Positions 45,256 to 58,456 are shown, numbered from the stretch's first letter. The stretch: 64,000 bases of DNA from Escherichia coli (GCF_024223415.1 NZ_CP100500.1), one strand, 5' to 3'. Made by a program: numbers and translations. The notes: a model not told the origin generated them from the sequence alone.

Positions 45256-46529
45256 TTAACTTCCCCTTGTGTCAACGCAATATCGCGATCATCGACCTTG
45301 ATAGCCGTAATTTCGTTGTCGGATTCGCGGAAAAAAATCATGAACAGCACGGCGATAATGGCAATCATCACCGCGCCGAAAGTCCACATCCCGGACCAGT
45401 TGAAAGTCAGTCCGTTTACCGGTTCCTGATAAGCGAACATCTTTTCCATCATCACACCGCCAAGACGATAGCCGAGCAAACTGCCGAAGCCCTGGCAGCA
45501 GAGCGTGATCAGCCCCTGCGCAGCGGTACGCATATGCACGGGGGCTTTTTTATCGACATAGATGTAAGCGGTAACGTAGTAAAAATCGTAACTTACGCCG
45601 TGAAGCAAAATACCGAGGAACAGTAACGCGTAGGTGAAATATTCATCCGCACTACCGTAAATAAAGAAGCCATAGCGGATCGCAGCGGTGACCAGACCAA
45701 GCAATAATACCTTTTTGATACCAAAGCGTTTAGTGAAAAACGGCAATGCCAGCATAAAGAAGATTTCAGAGAACTGGCCGAGCGTCATCCAGCCGGTGGC
45801 GTTTTTCATGCCAACTTCGGTCAGATAACCGTTGGCAAAGATGTAATAGAACGCTAGTGGCATCGCAAACAGGAATGAACAGAAGAAAAAGACGAGGAAG
45901 TTTTTATCGCGCAGCAGGATCAGCGCATCCAGGCCGAGCATGACTTTAATATCCATTTTGCCGGTGCTTTTTGGTGGCGTGTCGGGCAGGAAAAACGCAA
46001 ACACACCGAGCAGAGCAGAACTTCCGGCGGTAATCAGCAGCGGGATGTTAGTCGGTGAGATATCGGCATACCCCAGTATTTGCGGCAAGAAACCACATGC
46101 CAGACCGGAGGCAATCCAGCCGATAGTGCCCATCACACGAATGCGCGGGAAATCACGCTCAACATCCGGCACGTTGGCAAAAGCGATGCTGTTAGTCAGC
46201 GCAATGGTCGGCATATAGGTTAGCGAGTAGGCCAGCAGTAACGGGAAGAACCCGGCAAAAGTGGTCTGTTGCGCAGCGAAATACATCAGCAGCGCGCCTG
46301 CGAACATCAATACCGCCAGCACTTTCTGCGCCGAGAAAAAGCGGTCAGTGATGGAGCCAACCAGAATTGGCGACAGGATCGCCGCAATGGCGGTACAGGC
46401 ATACGACCAGCCAATTTCTCCGGCACTAAAACCGCTTTTACTTAACCACAACCACAATGGCACAAACCACGCGCCCCAGATAAACCATTCAACAAACATC
46501 ATGAACGACAGCTTTGCTGTTGTTTTCAT
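45252..46529 (-). CDS. yegT: Nucleoside:H+ symporter-family transporter YegT
   Basis: 425-aa polytopic membrane protein. ATGA-type coupling to yegU. Confidence 0.88.
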   Translation of the reverse strand: MKTTAKLSFMMFVEWFIWGAWFVPLWLWLSKSGFSAGEIGWSYACTAIAAILSPILVGSITDRFFSAQKVLAVLMFAGALLMYFAAQQTTFAGFFPLLLAYSLTYMPTIALTNSIAFANVPDVERDFPRIRVMGTIGWIASGLACGFLPQILGYADISPTNIPLLITAGSSALLGVFAFFLPDTPPKSTGKMDIKVMLGLDALILLRDKNFLVFFFCSFLFAMPLAFYYIFANGYLTEVGMKNATGWMTLGQFSEIFFMLALPFFTKRFGIKKVLLLGLVTAAIRYGFFIYGSADEYFTYALLFLGILLHGVSYDFYYVTAYIYVDKKAPVHMRTAAQGLITLCCQGFGSLLGYRLGGVMMEKMFAYQEPVNGLTFNWSGMWTFGAVMIAIIAVLFMIFFRESDNEITAIKVDDRDIALTQGEVK

Positions 46530-46785
46530 CTTTTAATTCCTTCATGACAGGTAATGTAAGGTACGCGATGACAATACCACTTAATAATACCTTTTAAATA
46601 CCTTTGCGGTGAAAACTTGACCGCGCTAACATTTTTTCTGATGAATCGAGCCAACAGAAAACGCTGAAAAAACATCCAAAAGATGGAAAAACTCGCCCGT
46701 AACGACCAGGATTATGATTGCCCGCAAAAGGCGGGCCAGGAAAATCCATAGCCGATATCCAATCGGAATTTACGGGAGCATAGTA

Positions 46786-47838
46786 ATGACAGATATTGCG
46801 CAGTTGCTTGGCAAAGACGCCGACAACCTTTTACAGCACCGTTGTATGACTATTCCTTCTGACCAGCTTTATCTCCCCGGACATGACTACGTAGACCGCG
46901 TGATGATTGACAATAATCGCCCGCCTGCGGTGTTACGTAATATGCAGACGTTGTACAACACCGGGCGTCTGGCTGGCACAGGATATCTTTCTATTCTGCC
47001 GGTTGACCAGGGGGTTGAGCACTCTGCCGGAGCTTCATTTGCTGCTAACCCGCTCTACTTTGACCCGAAAAACATTGTTGAACTGGCGATCGAAGCGGGC
47101 TGTAACTGTGTGGCGTCAACTTACGGCGTGCTGGCGTCGGTATCGCGGCGTTATGCGCATCGCATTCCATTCCTCGTCAAACTTAATCACAACGAGACGC
47201 TAAGTTACCCAAACACCTACGATCAAACGCTGTATGCCAGCGTGGAGCAGGCGTTCAACATGGGCGCGGTGGCGGTTGGTGCGACTATCTATTTTGGCTC
47301 GGAAGAGTCACGTCGCCAGATTGAAGAAATTTCTGCGGCTTTTGAACGTGCGCACGAGCTGGGCATGGTGACAGTGCTGTGGGCCTATTTGCGTAACTCC
47401 GCCTTTAAGAAAGATGGCGTTGATTACCATGTCTCCGCCGACCTGACTGGTCAGGCGAACCATCTGGCGGCAACCATAGGTGCAGATATCGTCAAACAAA
47501 AAATGGCGGAAAATAACGGCGGCTATAAAGCGATTAATTACGGTTATACCGACGATCGCGTGTACAGCAAGTTAACCAGCGAAAACCCGATTGATCTGGT
47601 GCGTTATCAGTTAGCTAACTGCTATATGGGCCGGGCTGGGTTGATAAACTCCGGCGGTGCTGCGGGCGGTGAAACTGACCTCAGTGATGCAGTGCGTACT
47701 GCGGTTATCAACAAACGCGCTGGCGGAATGGGGCTGATTCTTGGACGTAAAGCGTTCAAGAAATCGATGGCTGACGGCGTGAAACTGATTAACGCCGTGC
47801 AGGACGTTTATCTCGATAGCAAAATTACTATCGCCTGA
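46786..47838 (+). CDS. fbaB: Class I fructose-bisphosphate aldolase
   Basis: The internal start [20 protein letters not shown] gives 350 aa as in K-12. Confidence 0.92.
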
Positions 47839-47841
47839 TAC

Positions 47842-47985
47842 GCCTTATACGGACAACACCACCCCGTAGGACGGATAAGGCGTTTACGCTGCATCCGGCA
47901 ACCTATGCCTGATGCGACGCTGAAGCGTCTTATCATGCCTACATAGCACTGCCACGTATGTTTACACCGCATCCGGCATAAAAAC
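47842..47985. repeat. REP/BIME cluster
   Basis: gtaggacggataaggcgtttacgctgcatccggca, tgcctgatgcgacgctgaagcgtcttatcatgcctaca and tgtttacaccgcatccggcat are typical E. coli REP sequences. Confidence 0.85.
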
Positions 47986-48000
47986 ACGCGCACTTTGCTA

Positions 48001-48028
48001 CGGCTTCCCCCGGGAGGCCGTTTTTTTT
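48001..48028 (+). terminator. Terminator downstream of fbaB and the REP cluster
   Basis: cggcttccc-cc-gggaggccg followed by TTTTTTTT. Confidence 0.7.
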
Positions 48029-48089
48029 GCCTGTCATTCTGGATTAATTTTCACATTGTCGTTTTTGTGATCGTTATCTCGACATTTAA

Positions 48090-50289
<2,200 letters not shown>

Positions 50290-50298
50290 GGACGGTAT

Positions 50299-50751
50299 AT
50301 GACTAACCTGTTTGTTCGTAGCGGAATTTCTTTTGTCGATCGTAGCGAAGTTTTAACCCATATCGGTAATGAGATGCTCGCCAAAGGTGTGGTTCATGAT
50401 ACCTGGCCACAGGCATTAATTGCCAGAGAAGCAGAATTCCCTACCGGGATAATGCTTGAGCAGCACGCTATTGCAATACCGCATTGTGAGGCGATTCATG
50501 CTAAGTCGTCAGCCATTTATCTGTTAAGGCCAACAAATAAAGTTCATTTTCAGCAAGCGGATGATGATAACGACGTGGCGGTATCGTTGGTTATTGCGTT
50601 GATTGTGGAAAATCCGCAGCAGCAATTGAAACTTTTACGCTGTTTATTTGGCAAGTTACAACAGCCCGATATCGTCGAGACACTAATCACTCTTCCTGAA
50701 ACCCAGTTAAAGGAATACTTCACAAAGTATGTTTTAGATTCAGACGAATAA
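50299..50751 (+). CDS. gatA: Galactitol PTS EIIA
   Basis: 150 aa, in the gat operon position. Confidence 0.92.
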   Translation: MTNLFVRSGISFVDRSEVLTHIGNEMLAKGVVHDTWPQALIAREAEFPTGIMLEQHAIAIPHCEAIHAKSSAIYLLRPTNKVHFQQADDDNDVAVSLVIALIVENPQQQLKLLRCLFGKLQQPDIVETLITLPETQLKEYFTKYVLDSDE

Positions 50752-50781
50752 ATCCCTCTGTAACAATAAAAAGGACTATTT

Positions 50782-51066
50782 ATGAAACGCAAGATTATTG
50801 TCGCTTGCGGAGGCGCGGTTGCGACCTCTACGATGGCGGCGGAAGAAATTAAAGAGTTGTGTCAGAATCATAATATTCCTGTTGAATTAATCCAGTGTCG
50901 GGTTAATGAAATAGAAACCTATATGGATGGTGTGCATTTGATATGCACCACTGCCAAAGTGGATCGTAGTTTTGGCGATATTCCGTTAGTTCACGGCATG
51001 CCTTTTATTTCTGGTATCGGTATCGAAGCATTACAAAATAAAATTCTGACTATCTTACAGGGGTGA
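50782..51066 (+). CDS. gatB: Galactitol PTS EIIB
   Basis: 94 aa, [16 protein letters not shown]. Confidence 0.92.
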   Translation: MKRKIIVACGGAVATSTMAAEEIKELCQNHNIPVELIQCRVNEIETYMDGVHLICTTAKVDRSFGDIPLVHGMPFISGIGIEALQNKILTILQG

Positions 51067-51069
51067 CCT

Positions 51070-52425
51070 ATGTTTTCAGAAGTCATGCGTTATATTCTCG
51101 ACCTCGGCCCTACGGTGATGCTGCCGATTGTCATCATTATTTTTTCTAAAATATTAGGCATGAAGGCAGGCGATTGCTTTAAAGCGGGTCTGCATATCGG
51201 GATTGGCTTTGTTGGCATTGGCCTTGTGATTGGCTTAATGCTGGATTCCATTGGCCCGGCGGCGAAAGCGATGGCGGAAAATTTCGACCTGAATCTGCAT
51301 GTGGTCGATGTTGGCTGGCCGGGCTCTTCACCAATGACCTGGGCGTCGCAAATTGCGCTGGTGGCGATTCCGATTGCGATTCTGGTTAACGTGGCGATGT
51401 TACTGACCCGTATGACGCGGGTGGTAAATGTTGATATCTGGAATATCTGGCATATGACCTTCACCGGCGCGTTGCTGCATCTGGCAACCGGTTCATGGAT
51501 GATAGGGATGGCAGGTGTGGTAATTCACGCGGCGTTTGTTTATAAGCTCGGCGACTGGTTTGCCCGCGATACCCGAAATTTCTTTGAGCTGGAAGGTATT
51601 GCTATTCCGCACGGTACGTCGGCGTATATGGGGCCGATTGCGGTGCTGGTCGATGCTATCATCGAGAAAATCCCAGGCGTTAACCGAATTAAATTTAGCG
51701 CCGACGATATTCAGCGCAAATTTGGTCCATTTGGCGAGCCTGTCACCGTGGGTTTTGTGATGGGGCTGATTATCGGCATCCTCGCGGGTTACGATGTCAA
51801 AGGTGTATTGCAGCTGGCGGTAAAAACGGCGGCAGTGATGCTGCTAATGCCACGGGTGATTAAACCCATCATGGATGGTTTAACGCCCATCGCTAAGCAG
51901 GCTCGTAGTCGTTTACAGGCGAAGTTCGGCGGTCAGGAGTTCCTGATTGGCCTTGATCCGGCGTTGCTGCTGGGACATACGGCGGTGGTATCGGCAAGCC
52001 TGATTTTTATCCCACTCACCATTTTAATTGCTGTTTGTGTGCCGGGTAATCAGGTGCTGCCGTTTGGCGATCTTGCCACCATCGGCTTCTTCGTGGCGAT
52101 GGCGGTCGCCGTGCATCGTGGAAATCTGTTCCGCACCTTAATCTCGGGTGTCATCATTATGAGCATCACCCTGTGGATCGCGACGCAAACTATTGGTTTG
52201 CACACCCAACTGGCGGCTAATGCTGGGGCGTTAAAAGCCGGGGGTATGGTGGCTTCAATGGATCAGGGCGGTTCTCCCATTACCTGGTTACTGATTCAGG
52301 TTTTCTCCCCGCAAAATATTCCCGGTTTCATTATTATCGGTGCAATTTATCTGACCGGTATTTTCATGACCTGGCGTAGAGCGCGTGGCTTTATTAAACA
52401 AGAGAAAGTCGTTCTCGCAGAATAA
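51070..52425 (+). CDS. gatC: Galactitol PTS EIIC
   Basis: 451-aa polytopic membrane protein. Confidence 0.92.
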   Translation: MFSEVMRYILDLGPTVMLPIVIIIFSKILGMKAGDCFKAGLHIGIGFVGIGLVIGLMLDSIGPAAKAMAENFDLNLHVVDVGWPGSSPMTWASQIALVAIPIAILVNVAMLLTRMTRVVNVDIWNIWHMTFTGALLHLATGSWMIGMAGVVIHAAFVYKLGDWFARDTRNFFELEGIAIPHGTSAYMGPIAVLVDAIIEKIPGVNRIKFSADDIQRKFGPFGEPVTVGFVMGLIIGILAGYDVKGVLQLAVKTAAVMLLMPRVIKPIMDGLTPIAKQARSRLQAKFGGQEFLIGLDPALLLGHTAVVSASLIFIPLTILIAVCVPGNQVLPFGDLATIGFFVAMAVAVHRGNLFRTLISGVIIMSITLWIATQTIGLHTQLAANAGALKAGGMVASMDQGGSPITWLLIQVFSPQNIPGFIIIGAIYLTGIFMTWRRARGFIKQEKVVLAE

Positions 52426-52472
52426 TTTTTACCTGAGGGGGAGGTTATCCCCCTTAACAATCAGGAGTTTTT

Positions 52473-53513
52473 ATGAAATCAGTGGTGAATGATACTGATG
52501 GTATCGTGCGCGTTGCAGAAAGCGTCATTCCTGAAATTAAACATCAGGATGAGGTGCGGGTAAAAATTGCCAGCTCGGGCTTATGTGGTTCCGATTTACC
52601 CAGGATATTTAAAAATGGTGCACATTATTATCCAATAACGTTAGGCCATGAATTTAGCGGCTATATTGATGCGGTGGGATCCGGTGTTGATGATTTACAC
52701 CCTGGCGATGCGGTTGCCTGTGTGCCGTTATTACCCTGTTTTACTTGTCCAGAGTGTCTGAAAGGGTTTTATTCCCAGTGCGCAAAATATGATTTTATTG
52801 GCTCGCGGCGTGATGGTGGATTTGCTGAATATATTGTCGTTAAGCGAAAAAATGTCTTTGCTCTACCCACGGATATGCCTATTGAGGATGGGGCTTTTAT
52901 TGAGCCGATTACCGTTGGTCTGCATGCTTTTCATTTAGCGCAAGGTTGTGAGAATAAAAACGTTATTATTATTGGTGCCGGAACCATTGGCCTGCTGGCC
53001 ATTCAGTGCGCTGTCGCGCTGGGAGCAAAGAGTGTGACGGCGATCGACATTAGTTCAGAAAAACTGGCACTGGCAAAATCTTTCGGTGCGATGCAAACAT
53101 TTAACAGTAGCGAAATGAGCGCGCCGCAAATGCAGAGCGTTTTACGCGAACTGCGCTTTAATCAGCTTATCCTCGAGACGGCTGGCGTACCGCAAACTGT
53201 CGAACTGGCGGTAGAGATTGCCGGTCCTCATGCCCAACTGGCGCTGGTGGGCACGTTGCATCAGGATCTGCATTTAACATCGGCAACGTTTGGCAAAATA
53301 TTGCGTAAAGAGCTGACGGTTATCGGCAGTTGGATGAACTACTCCAGCCCTTGGCCGGGGCAGGAGTGGGAAACGGCGAGCCGGTTGCTGACAGAACGTA
53401 AGTTAAGCCTGGAGCCATTAATCGCTCACCGTGGAAGCTTTGAAAGCTTCGCCCAGGCGGTGCGTGACATCGCTCGTAATGCTATGCCGGGCAAAGTGTT
53501 GCTCATTCCCTGA
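52473..53513 (+). CDS. gatD: Galactitol-1-phosphate 5-dehydrogenase
   Basis: 346-aa Zn-dependent MDR dehydrogenase (GLCGSD, GHEFSG). Confidence 0.92.
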   Translation: MKSVVNDTDGIVRVAESVIPEIKHQDEVRVKIASSGLCGSDLPRIFKNGAHYYPITLGHEFSGYIDAVGSGVDDLHPGDAVACVPLLPCFTCPECLKGFYSQCAKYDFIGSRRDGGFAEYIVVKRKNVFALPTDMPIEDGAFIEPITVGLHAFHLAQGCENKNVIIIGAGTIGLLAIQCAVALGAKSVTAIDISSEKLALAKSFGAMQTFNSSEMSAPQMQSVLRELRFNQLILETAGVPQTVELAVEIAGPHAQLALVGTLHQDLHLTSATFGKILRKELTVIGSWMNYSSPWPGQEWETASRLLTERKLSLEPLIAHRGSFESFAQAVRDIARNAMPGKVLLIP

Positions 53514-53612
53514 AACCGCGGGCCAGCGTGATGCTGGCCCGGTATTGTGCAAAACAGATCATTCACCAATGGTCCCCCTTCGTTTACACTAGCCACAATT
53601 GAATATGGGTAA

Positions 53613-54392
53613 ATGACGATGAATTCATTCGAGCGAAGGAATAAGATCATCCAATTAGTGAATGAACAGGGAACCGTGCTTGTTCAGGATCTGGCGGGAG
53701 TATTTGCTGCCTCGGAAGCGACAATCCGTGCCGATTTGCGCTTTCTCGAACAAAAAGGCGTGGTTACGCGCTTTCATGGCGGTGCGGCGAAAATAATGTC
53801 TGGTAATAGTGAAACCGAGACCCAGGAAGTCGGGTTTAAAGAGCGATTTCAGCTCGCCAGCGCGCCAAAAAACAGAATAGCGCAGGCGGCAGTCAAAATG
53901 ATCCACGAAGGGATGACCGTTATTCTCGACAGCGGAAGTACGACAATGCTTATCGCCGAAGGATTAATGACCGCCAAAAATATCACGGTGATTACCAACA
54001 GTCTCCCGGCAGCGTTTGCCCTTTCCGAAAATAAAGACATTACTCTGGTCGTCTGTGGTGGCACGGTCCGCCATAAAACGCGCTCGATGCATGGTTCCAT
54101 TGCCGAGCGTTCATTACAGGATATTAATGCCGATTTAATGTTTGTCGGTGCTGATGGTATTGATGCGGTTAATGGTATTACGACCTTTAATGAAGGTTAT
54201 TCTATTAGCGGTGCGATGGTCACAGCCGCTAATAAAGTGATTGCCGTTCTCGATTCATCGAAATTTAACCGTCGCGGTTTTAATCAGGTACTACCAATCG
54301 AAAAAATTGACATTATTATTACCGATGATGCTGTGTCAGAGGTGGATAAACTGGCATTGCAGAAGACGCGGGTAAAATTAATTACGGTGTAG
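53613..54392 (+). CDS. gatR: DeoR-family galactitol operon repressor, uninterrupted
   Basis: 259-codon ORF with a DeoR N-terminal HTH (RRNKIIQLVNEQGTVLVQDLAGVFAASEATIRADLRFLEQKG). The start may instead be at 53619. Confidence 0.88.
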   Translation: MTMNSFERRNKIIQLVNEQGTVLVQDLAGVFAASEATIRADLRFLEQKGVVTRFHGGAAKIMSGNSETETQEVGFKERFQLASAPKNRIAQAAVKMIHEGMTVILDSGSTTMLIAEGLMTAKNITVITNSLPAAFALSENKDITLVVCGGTVRHKTRSMHGSIAERSLQDINADLMFVGADGIDAVNGITTFNEGYSISGAMVTAANKVIAVLDSSKFNRRGFNQVLPIEKIDIIITDDAVSEVDKLALQKTRVKLITV

Positions 54393-54403
54393 TATTGTTC
54401 TGT

Positions 54404-54437
54404 ATGCCGGATAAGGTGTTTACACCGCATCCGGCAT
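54404..54437. repeat. REP element
   Basis: atgccggataaggtgtttacaccgcatccggcat. Confidence 0.8.
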
Positions 54438-54473
54438 TACGGATTCTCCCTGGTTCAAGAGAGAATAGTTTGA

Positions 54474-55373
54474 TTAACGCAACAGTGGACAATCTGGTGG
54501 CAGACGGCAACGCAACGCTGCCGGAAGTATTTCAATATGAAAATTTTGCCCACTCAACGGTTCGCCATCAAGATTAAAGGTGATGTCGTGTGGTGCCTGA
54601 ATATCAAACCACGACGAAGCGCCTTCGATAATATTCGGGTTATCTTCGTCAGATTTTAAGGTTGATACGAGAGCCGGAAGTATTTCATCGCCGGTAAAAA
54701 TGCGCAGTTGCAGCAAGCCATCGTTAATTAACGCGTTCGGACACAATTGCTGACCGCCACCGGCCTGACGCCCGTTACCAATACCAATGACCAGGGCGTC
54801 ACCTTGCCAGTGAAAGTTTTCACCGCGGATTTCACAACGGTCCGGTTGCAGAGTATCCATGCGCATTAAGCCATGAATGATGTAAGAGACGCCACCCAGC
54901 GCGGCTTTTAATTTTTCCGGCGTTTCTGTGGTAATACGCGTCCCAAATCCGCCTGTCGCCATATTAATAAAACAGGTTTGTTTGTTGACCTGCGCCATAT
55001 CTATCGCAATGGCGTTACCGGCAATTGCCAGTTTCAGCGCCTTATCCAGTGCCTCAGGAATCCCTACACTGGTGGCAAAATCATTGGCGGTTCCTAATGG
55101 CAAAATTCCCAGCGCGGGTATGTCATCCCCCTCACACTGAATCAACGCCGTAGAAACTTCATTAATGGTGCCATCGCCACCACCGGCAATCACCGTTGCG
55201 ACGCCCAACTTCCGGGCCTCCTCTACATATCGTGCGGCATCGCCTTTCTCCCAGGTGACCCGCACATGGATCGTCATTCCTTCCTCACGCAACAGCATAA
55301 TTGCTTCGCGCAAGGGTAAATTGTCAGTACTTTTGCCATTAAGAATCAGTAAGCTGGCGGGAAATTCTGCCAT
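54474..55373 (-). CDS. yegS: Lipid kinase YegS (DAG-kinase-like fold)
   Basis: The internal start [15 protein letters not shown] gives 299 aa, and the GGDGT motif is present. The ORF-track form is over-extended. Confidence 0.9.
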   Translation of the reverse strand: MAEFPASLLILNGKSTDNLPLREAIMLLREEGMTIHVRVTWEKGDAARYVEEARKLGVATVIAGGGDGTINEVSTALIQCEGDDIPALGILPLGTANDFATSVGIPEALDKALKLAIAGNAIAIDMAQVNKQTCFINMATGGFGTRITTETPEKLKAALGGVSYIIHGLMRMDTLQPDRCEIRGENFHWQGDALVIGIGNGRQAGGGQQLCPNALINDGLLQLRIFTGDEILPALVSTLKSDEDNPNIIEGASSWFDIQAPHDITFNLDGEPLSGQNFHIEILPAALRCRLPPDCPLLR

Positions 55374-55777
55374 GATCGTATGTGCCTTTATGATTGGTCT
55401 GTAGATAGTGTAGAGCAGAAAAGAAAAGGTGGAGTCAGAACAGGATGAAAGTCGGAGGATAAAAGTCAGTTCAAGTATGGAGGATTCAGTGGTTACCACC
55501 AGGAGCTTGCAATGGGGACAGCGAATACTAACGGCAGCCACCGATAAATTTCAAAAAAGAGAATATACCTAATATTCAACTAAACGGTGGCATCTTCAAT
55601 ATAATATATTAAAGCCCTCATGGAGTTACCCGGAAGGGCCTCCATGTCCGTAATTCCTACTTATGTAGGAAATGTTGTACAGAACATTTATTATAATCCT
55701 ATTCAATTATAATAATCATGCCATTATTATATTTAAACACTAGAGAGTGTCGTTGGTATTTAATGGGGGAAGGTGAG

Positions 55778-56095
55778 ATGAAAAAGATAGCTGCTATATC
55801 ATTAATTAGTATTTTTATTATGTCTGGTTGTGCTGTGCATAATGATGAGACAAGTATCGGTAAATTTGGTCTTGCATATAAAAGTAATATTCAGCGTAAA
55901 CTCGATAACCAATACTACACCGAAGCCGAAGCTTCTTTAGCCAGGGGTAGAATATCTGGTGCAGAAAATATAGTAAAAAATGATGCAACTCATTTCTGTG
56001 TTACTCAGGGCAAAAAAATGCAAATAGTTGAGCTGAAGACAGAAGGTGTAGGATTACATGGTGTCGCTCGTCTGACATTCAAATGTGGAGAGTGA
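55778..56095 (+). CDS. yegR: YegR, small lipoprotein-like protein
   Basis: MKKIAAISLISIFIMSGC carries a lipobox. 105 aa. Confidence 0.8.
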   Translation: MKKIAAISLISIFIMSGCAVHNDETSIGKFGLAYKSNIQRKLDNQYYTEAEASLARGRISGAENIVKNDATHFCVTQGKKMQIVELKTEGVGLHGVARLTFKCGE

Positions 56096-56253
56096 GAATA
56101 TTTTTTGGTAAGCGTCAAATATGCGCTTTCTGGCTGTGCGTAGCCGGAACCTGTGGGAGCACGATGCCGATAAGTGAAAGGCATCGTGCTATGAAGGAGG
56201 ATTCTATCGATGTGGTCAATGGAAGACGGTTACCAGAGATAGGGCTTATGCAT

Positions 56254-56341
56254 AAAAAAATAAGCCCGTGTAAGGGAGATTACACAGGCTAAGGAGGTGG
56301 TTCCTGGTACAGCTAGCATTTTATGGGTTATGTTTTTCAGC
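56254..56341 (-). ncRNA. cyaR: CyaR (RyeE) Hfq-dependent sRNA
   Basis: The minus strand reads gctgaaaaacataacccataaaatgctagctgtaccaggaaccacctccttagcctgtgtaatctcccttacacgggcttattttttt, which is the CyaR sequence as I recall it. A CRP half-site TGTGA-N6-TCTAA is centred about 42 bp upstream (56376-56391) and a TATCAT -10 is present. Confidence 0.9.
56255..56281. other. Apparently unoccupied phage P2 attB (locI-type core) overlapping the cyaR terminator
   Basis: aaaaaataagcccgtgtaagggagatt matches the 27-nt P2 att core as I recall it. No ogrK/yegZ remnant lies between yegR and cyaR. Confidence 0.55.
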
Positions 56342-56425
56342 GAAACGGATGATAACCTTAATAAATGCAGCTGTATGTGATCGGTTTCTAAGAATTTTCC
56401 ATCCGGGAAAAATAATCGAAATTAA

Positions 56426-57787
56426 TCACTTACCGTGTGGGTTACGCGTGGTTTCCCCGGAGAAATTACGCATCAGCAGAGCGTAATTGAGCTCAAGATC
56501 CTGCGGGACCGGGAGCCACACAGTATAACCATCGCCTGGTGCGACCGGCATCGCTTCACCTTTGGCGTTTTCCATGTGCTCAAGGGTAAAGTTAATGTTG
56601 CCTTGCGGCGTCATCAGCTCAAGGCTGTCGCCAACGGAGAATTTATTTTTCACCGCTACCGCCGCGAGGTCCCCCTTGCGCTCACCGGTAAACTCACCAA
56701 CAAACTGCTGGCGGTCAGAAACTGAATAACCGTATTCGTAGTTCTGATAATCGTCGTGAGTATGACGACGCAGGAAACCTTCGGTATAGCCACGATGCGC
56801 CAGACCTTCCAGAGTTTCCAGCAGGCTGGTATCGAACGGTTTGCCCGCAGCGGCGTCATCGATAGCTTTACGGTAAACCTGTGCGGTGCGTGCGCAATAG
56901 TAGAAAGATTTAGTACGGCCTTCGATTTTCAGCGAATGCACGCCCATTTTGGTCAGGCGTTCTACATGGGCGATGGCGCGCAGATCTTTCGAGTTCATGA
57001 TGTAAGTGCCGTGCTCATCTTCAAACGCGGTCATATACTCGCCCGGACGCTGGGCTTCTTCGATCATAAACACTTTGTCGGTTGGCGCGCCGATACCCAG
57101 CGTCGGCTCAACATTTTGCACCGGAATCGGCTCGTACTTGTGTACGATGTTGCCAACGTCATCTTCTTTCCCTTCCTGGACGTTGTACTCCCAGCGGCAG
57201 GCGTTGGTGCAGGTACCCTGGTTCGGATCGCGCTTGTTGATATAGCCAGAGAGCAGGCAGCGACCGGAGTAGGCCATGCACAGTGCGCCGTGAACGAAGA
57301 TCTCGATCTCCATATCCGGCACCTGATTGCGGATCTCTTCAATCTCTTCCAGCGACAGCTCGCGAGAGAGGATCACGCGGGTCAGGCCCATTTGCTGCCA
57401 GAATTTCACCGTCGCCCAGTTTACGGCGTTAGCCTGCACCGAGAGGTGGATCGGCATTTCAGGGAAGTGCTCACGCACCAGCATAATCAGCCCTGGATCG
57501 GACATAATCAGCGCATCCGGCCCCATTTCCACCACCGGTTTCAGGTCACGGATAAAGGTTTTCAGCTTGGCGTTGTGCGGTGCAATGTTGACCACGACAT
57601 AAAACTTTTTCCCCAGCGCGTGGGCTTCATTGATGCCGAGCTGAAGATTTTCGTGGTTGAATTCGTTGTTGCGCACACGCAGGGAGTAACGCGGCTGGCC
57701 CGCATAAACAGCATCTGCGCCATAAGCGAAAGCGTAACGCATATTTTTCAGCGTTCCCGCCGGGGAAAGGAGTTCCGGTTTAAACAT
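56426..57787 (-). CDS. trhP: U32-family protein YegQ/TrhP (tRNA ho5U34 hydroxylation)
   Basis: 453 aa, MFKPELLSPAGTLKNMRYAFAYGADAVYAG, with a peptidase U32 signature. Confidence 0.92.
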   Translation of the reverse strand: MFKPELLSPAGTLKNMRYAFAYGADAVYAGQPRYSLRVRNNEFNHENLQLGINEAHALGKKFYVVVNIAPHNAKLKTFIRDLKPVVEMGPDALIMSDPGLIMLVREHFPEMPIHLSVQANAVNWATVKFWQQMGLTRVILSRELSLEEIEEIRNQVPDMEIEIFVHGALCMAYSGRCLLSGYINKRDPNQGTCTNACRWEYNVQEGKEDDVGNIVHKYEPIPVQNVEPTLGIGAPTDKVFMIEEAQRPGEYMTAFEDEHGTYIMNSKDLRAIAHVERLTKMGVHSLKIEGRTKSFYYCARTAQVYRKAIDDAAAGKPFDTSLLETLEGLAHRGYTEGFLRRHTHDDYQNYEYGYSVSDRQQFVGEFTGERKGDLAAVAVKNKFSVGDSLELMTPQGNINFTLEHMENAKGEAMPVAPGDGYTVWLPVPQDLELNYALLMRNFSGETTRNPHGK

Positions 57788-57933
57788 AATTCTCTCGTTC
57801 TGATGACAGGTCAGATCCGCTTCACCTGATGAAGCGGTTAGGGGAGTGCCCCCACTTTAAGGGCGGGCATTGTAGCGCTGTGGGGGGATCTGGTAAAGCG
57901 CCGGACGCCAACAACCCACGCCCGGCATCGTAA

Positions 57934-58266
57934 TTACGTATTGTCTTTCACCGTCTGGCTTGTGCCATTGGCTTTAACGGAGGCAATTCCGGTTTCACGA
58001 GATTGCGCGGTGGCGTACATCTGGCTGGAGCCGATAATTTGATGATTAGCGGCTTTCAGATTGAAATAGAATTTGCCGTTACTTGCCGTTTTTTTCTCAT
58101 AGCGTTCTTCTTGCGGGCTGTTGCTACGCACCGACGCGATGCCCTTTTCCGCAGAGGCTTTTGAGGTATAAAGCTCGCTGGTGAGGATAGTCTCACCATT
58201 GCCCGCTTTTAGCACAAACCGGAACTGATTATCACTGCTCTTACTGAGTTCAAACCAACCAGCCAT
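57934..58266 (-). CDS. yegP: YegP (DUF1508 tandem-repeat protein)
   Basis: The internal start MAGWFELSKSSDNQFRFVLKAGNGE gives 110 aa. Confidence 0.85.
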   Translation of the reverse strand: MAGWFELSKSSDNQFRFVLKAGNGETILTSELYTSKASAEKGIASVRSNSPQEERYEKKTASNGKFYFNLKAANHQIIGSSQMYATAQSRETGIASVKANGTSQTVKDNT

Positions 58267-58456
58267 AATGACTCCTTGATTGAAATTGTGTATCGAAAAC
58301 AGCATCTAAAGGTGCTGTTTACCGATTAAAGTATGAGCGATTTTCTGATGCCTGCCAGGGCGGAGAGATAATGTCAGTTTGCTGACCATGCGTGGGATAA
58401 TGTTGCCGGATCTGGTCTGAACGCCATCTCCGGCTAACAAAATAATGTCGCTAAAA

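Noticed and set aside
56756-57829. 357-aa plus-strand ORF
   Set aside because: It is entirely antisense to the well-recognised yegQ/trhP gene, a typical shadow ORF in a GC-balanced gene.
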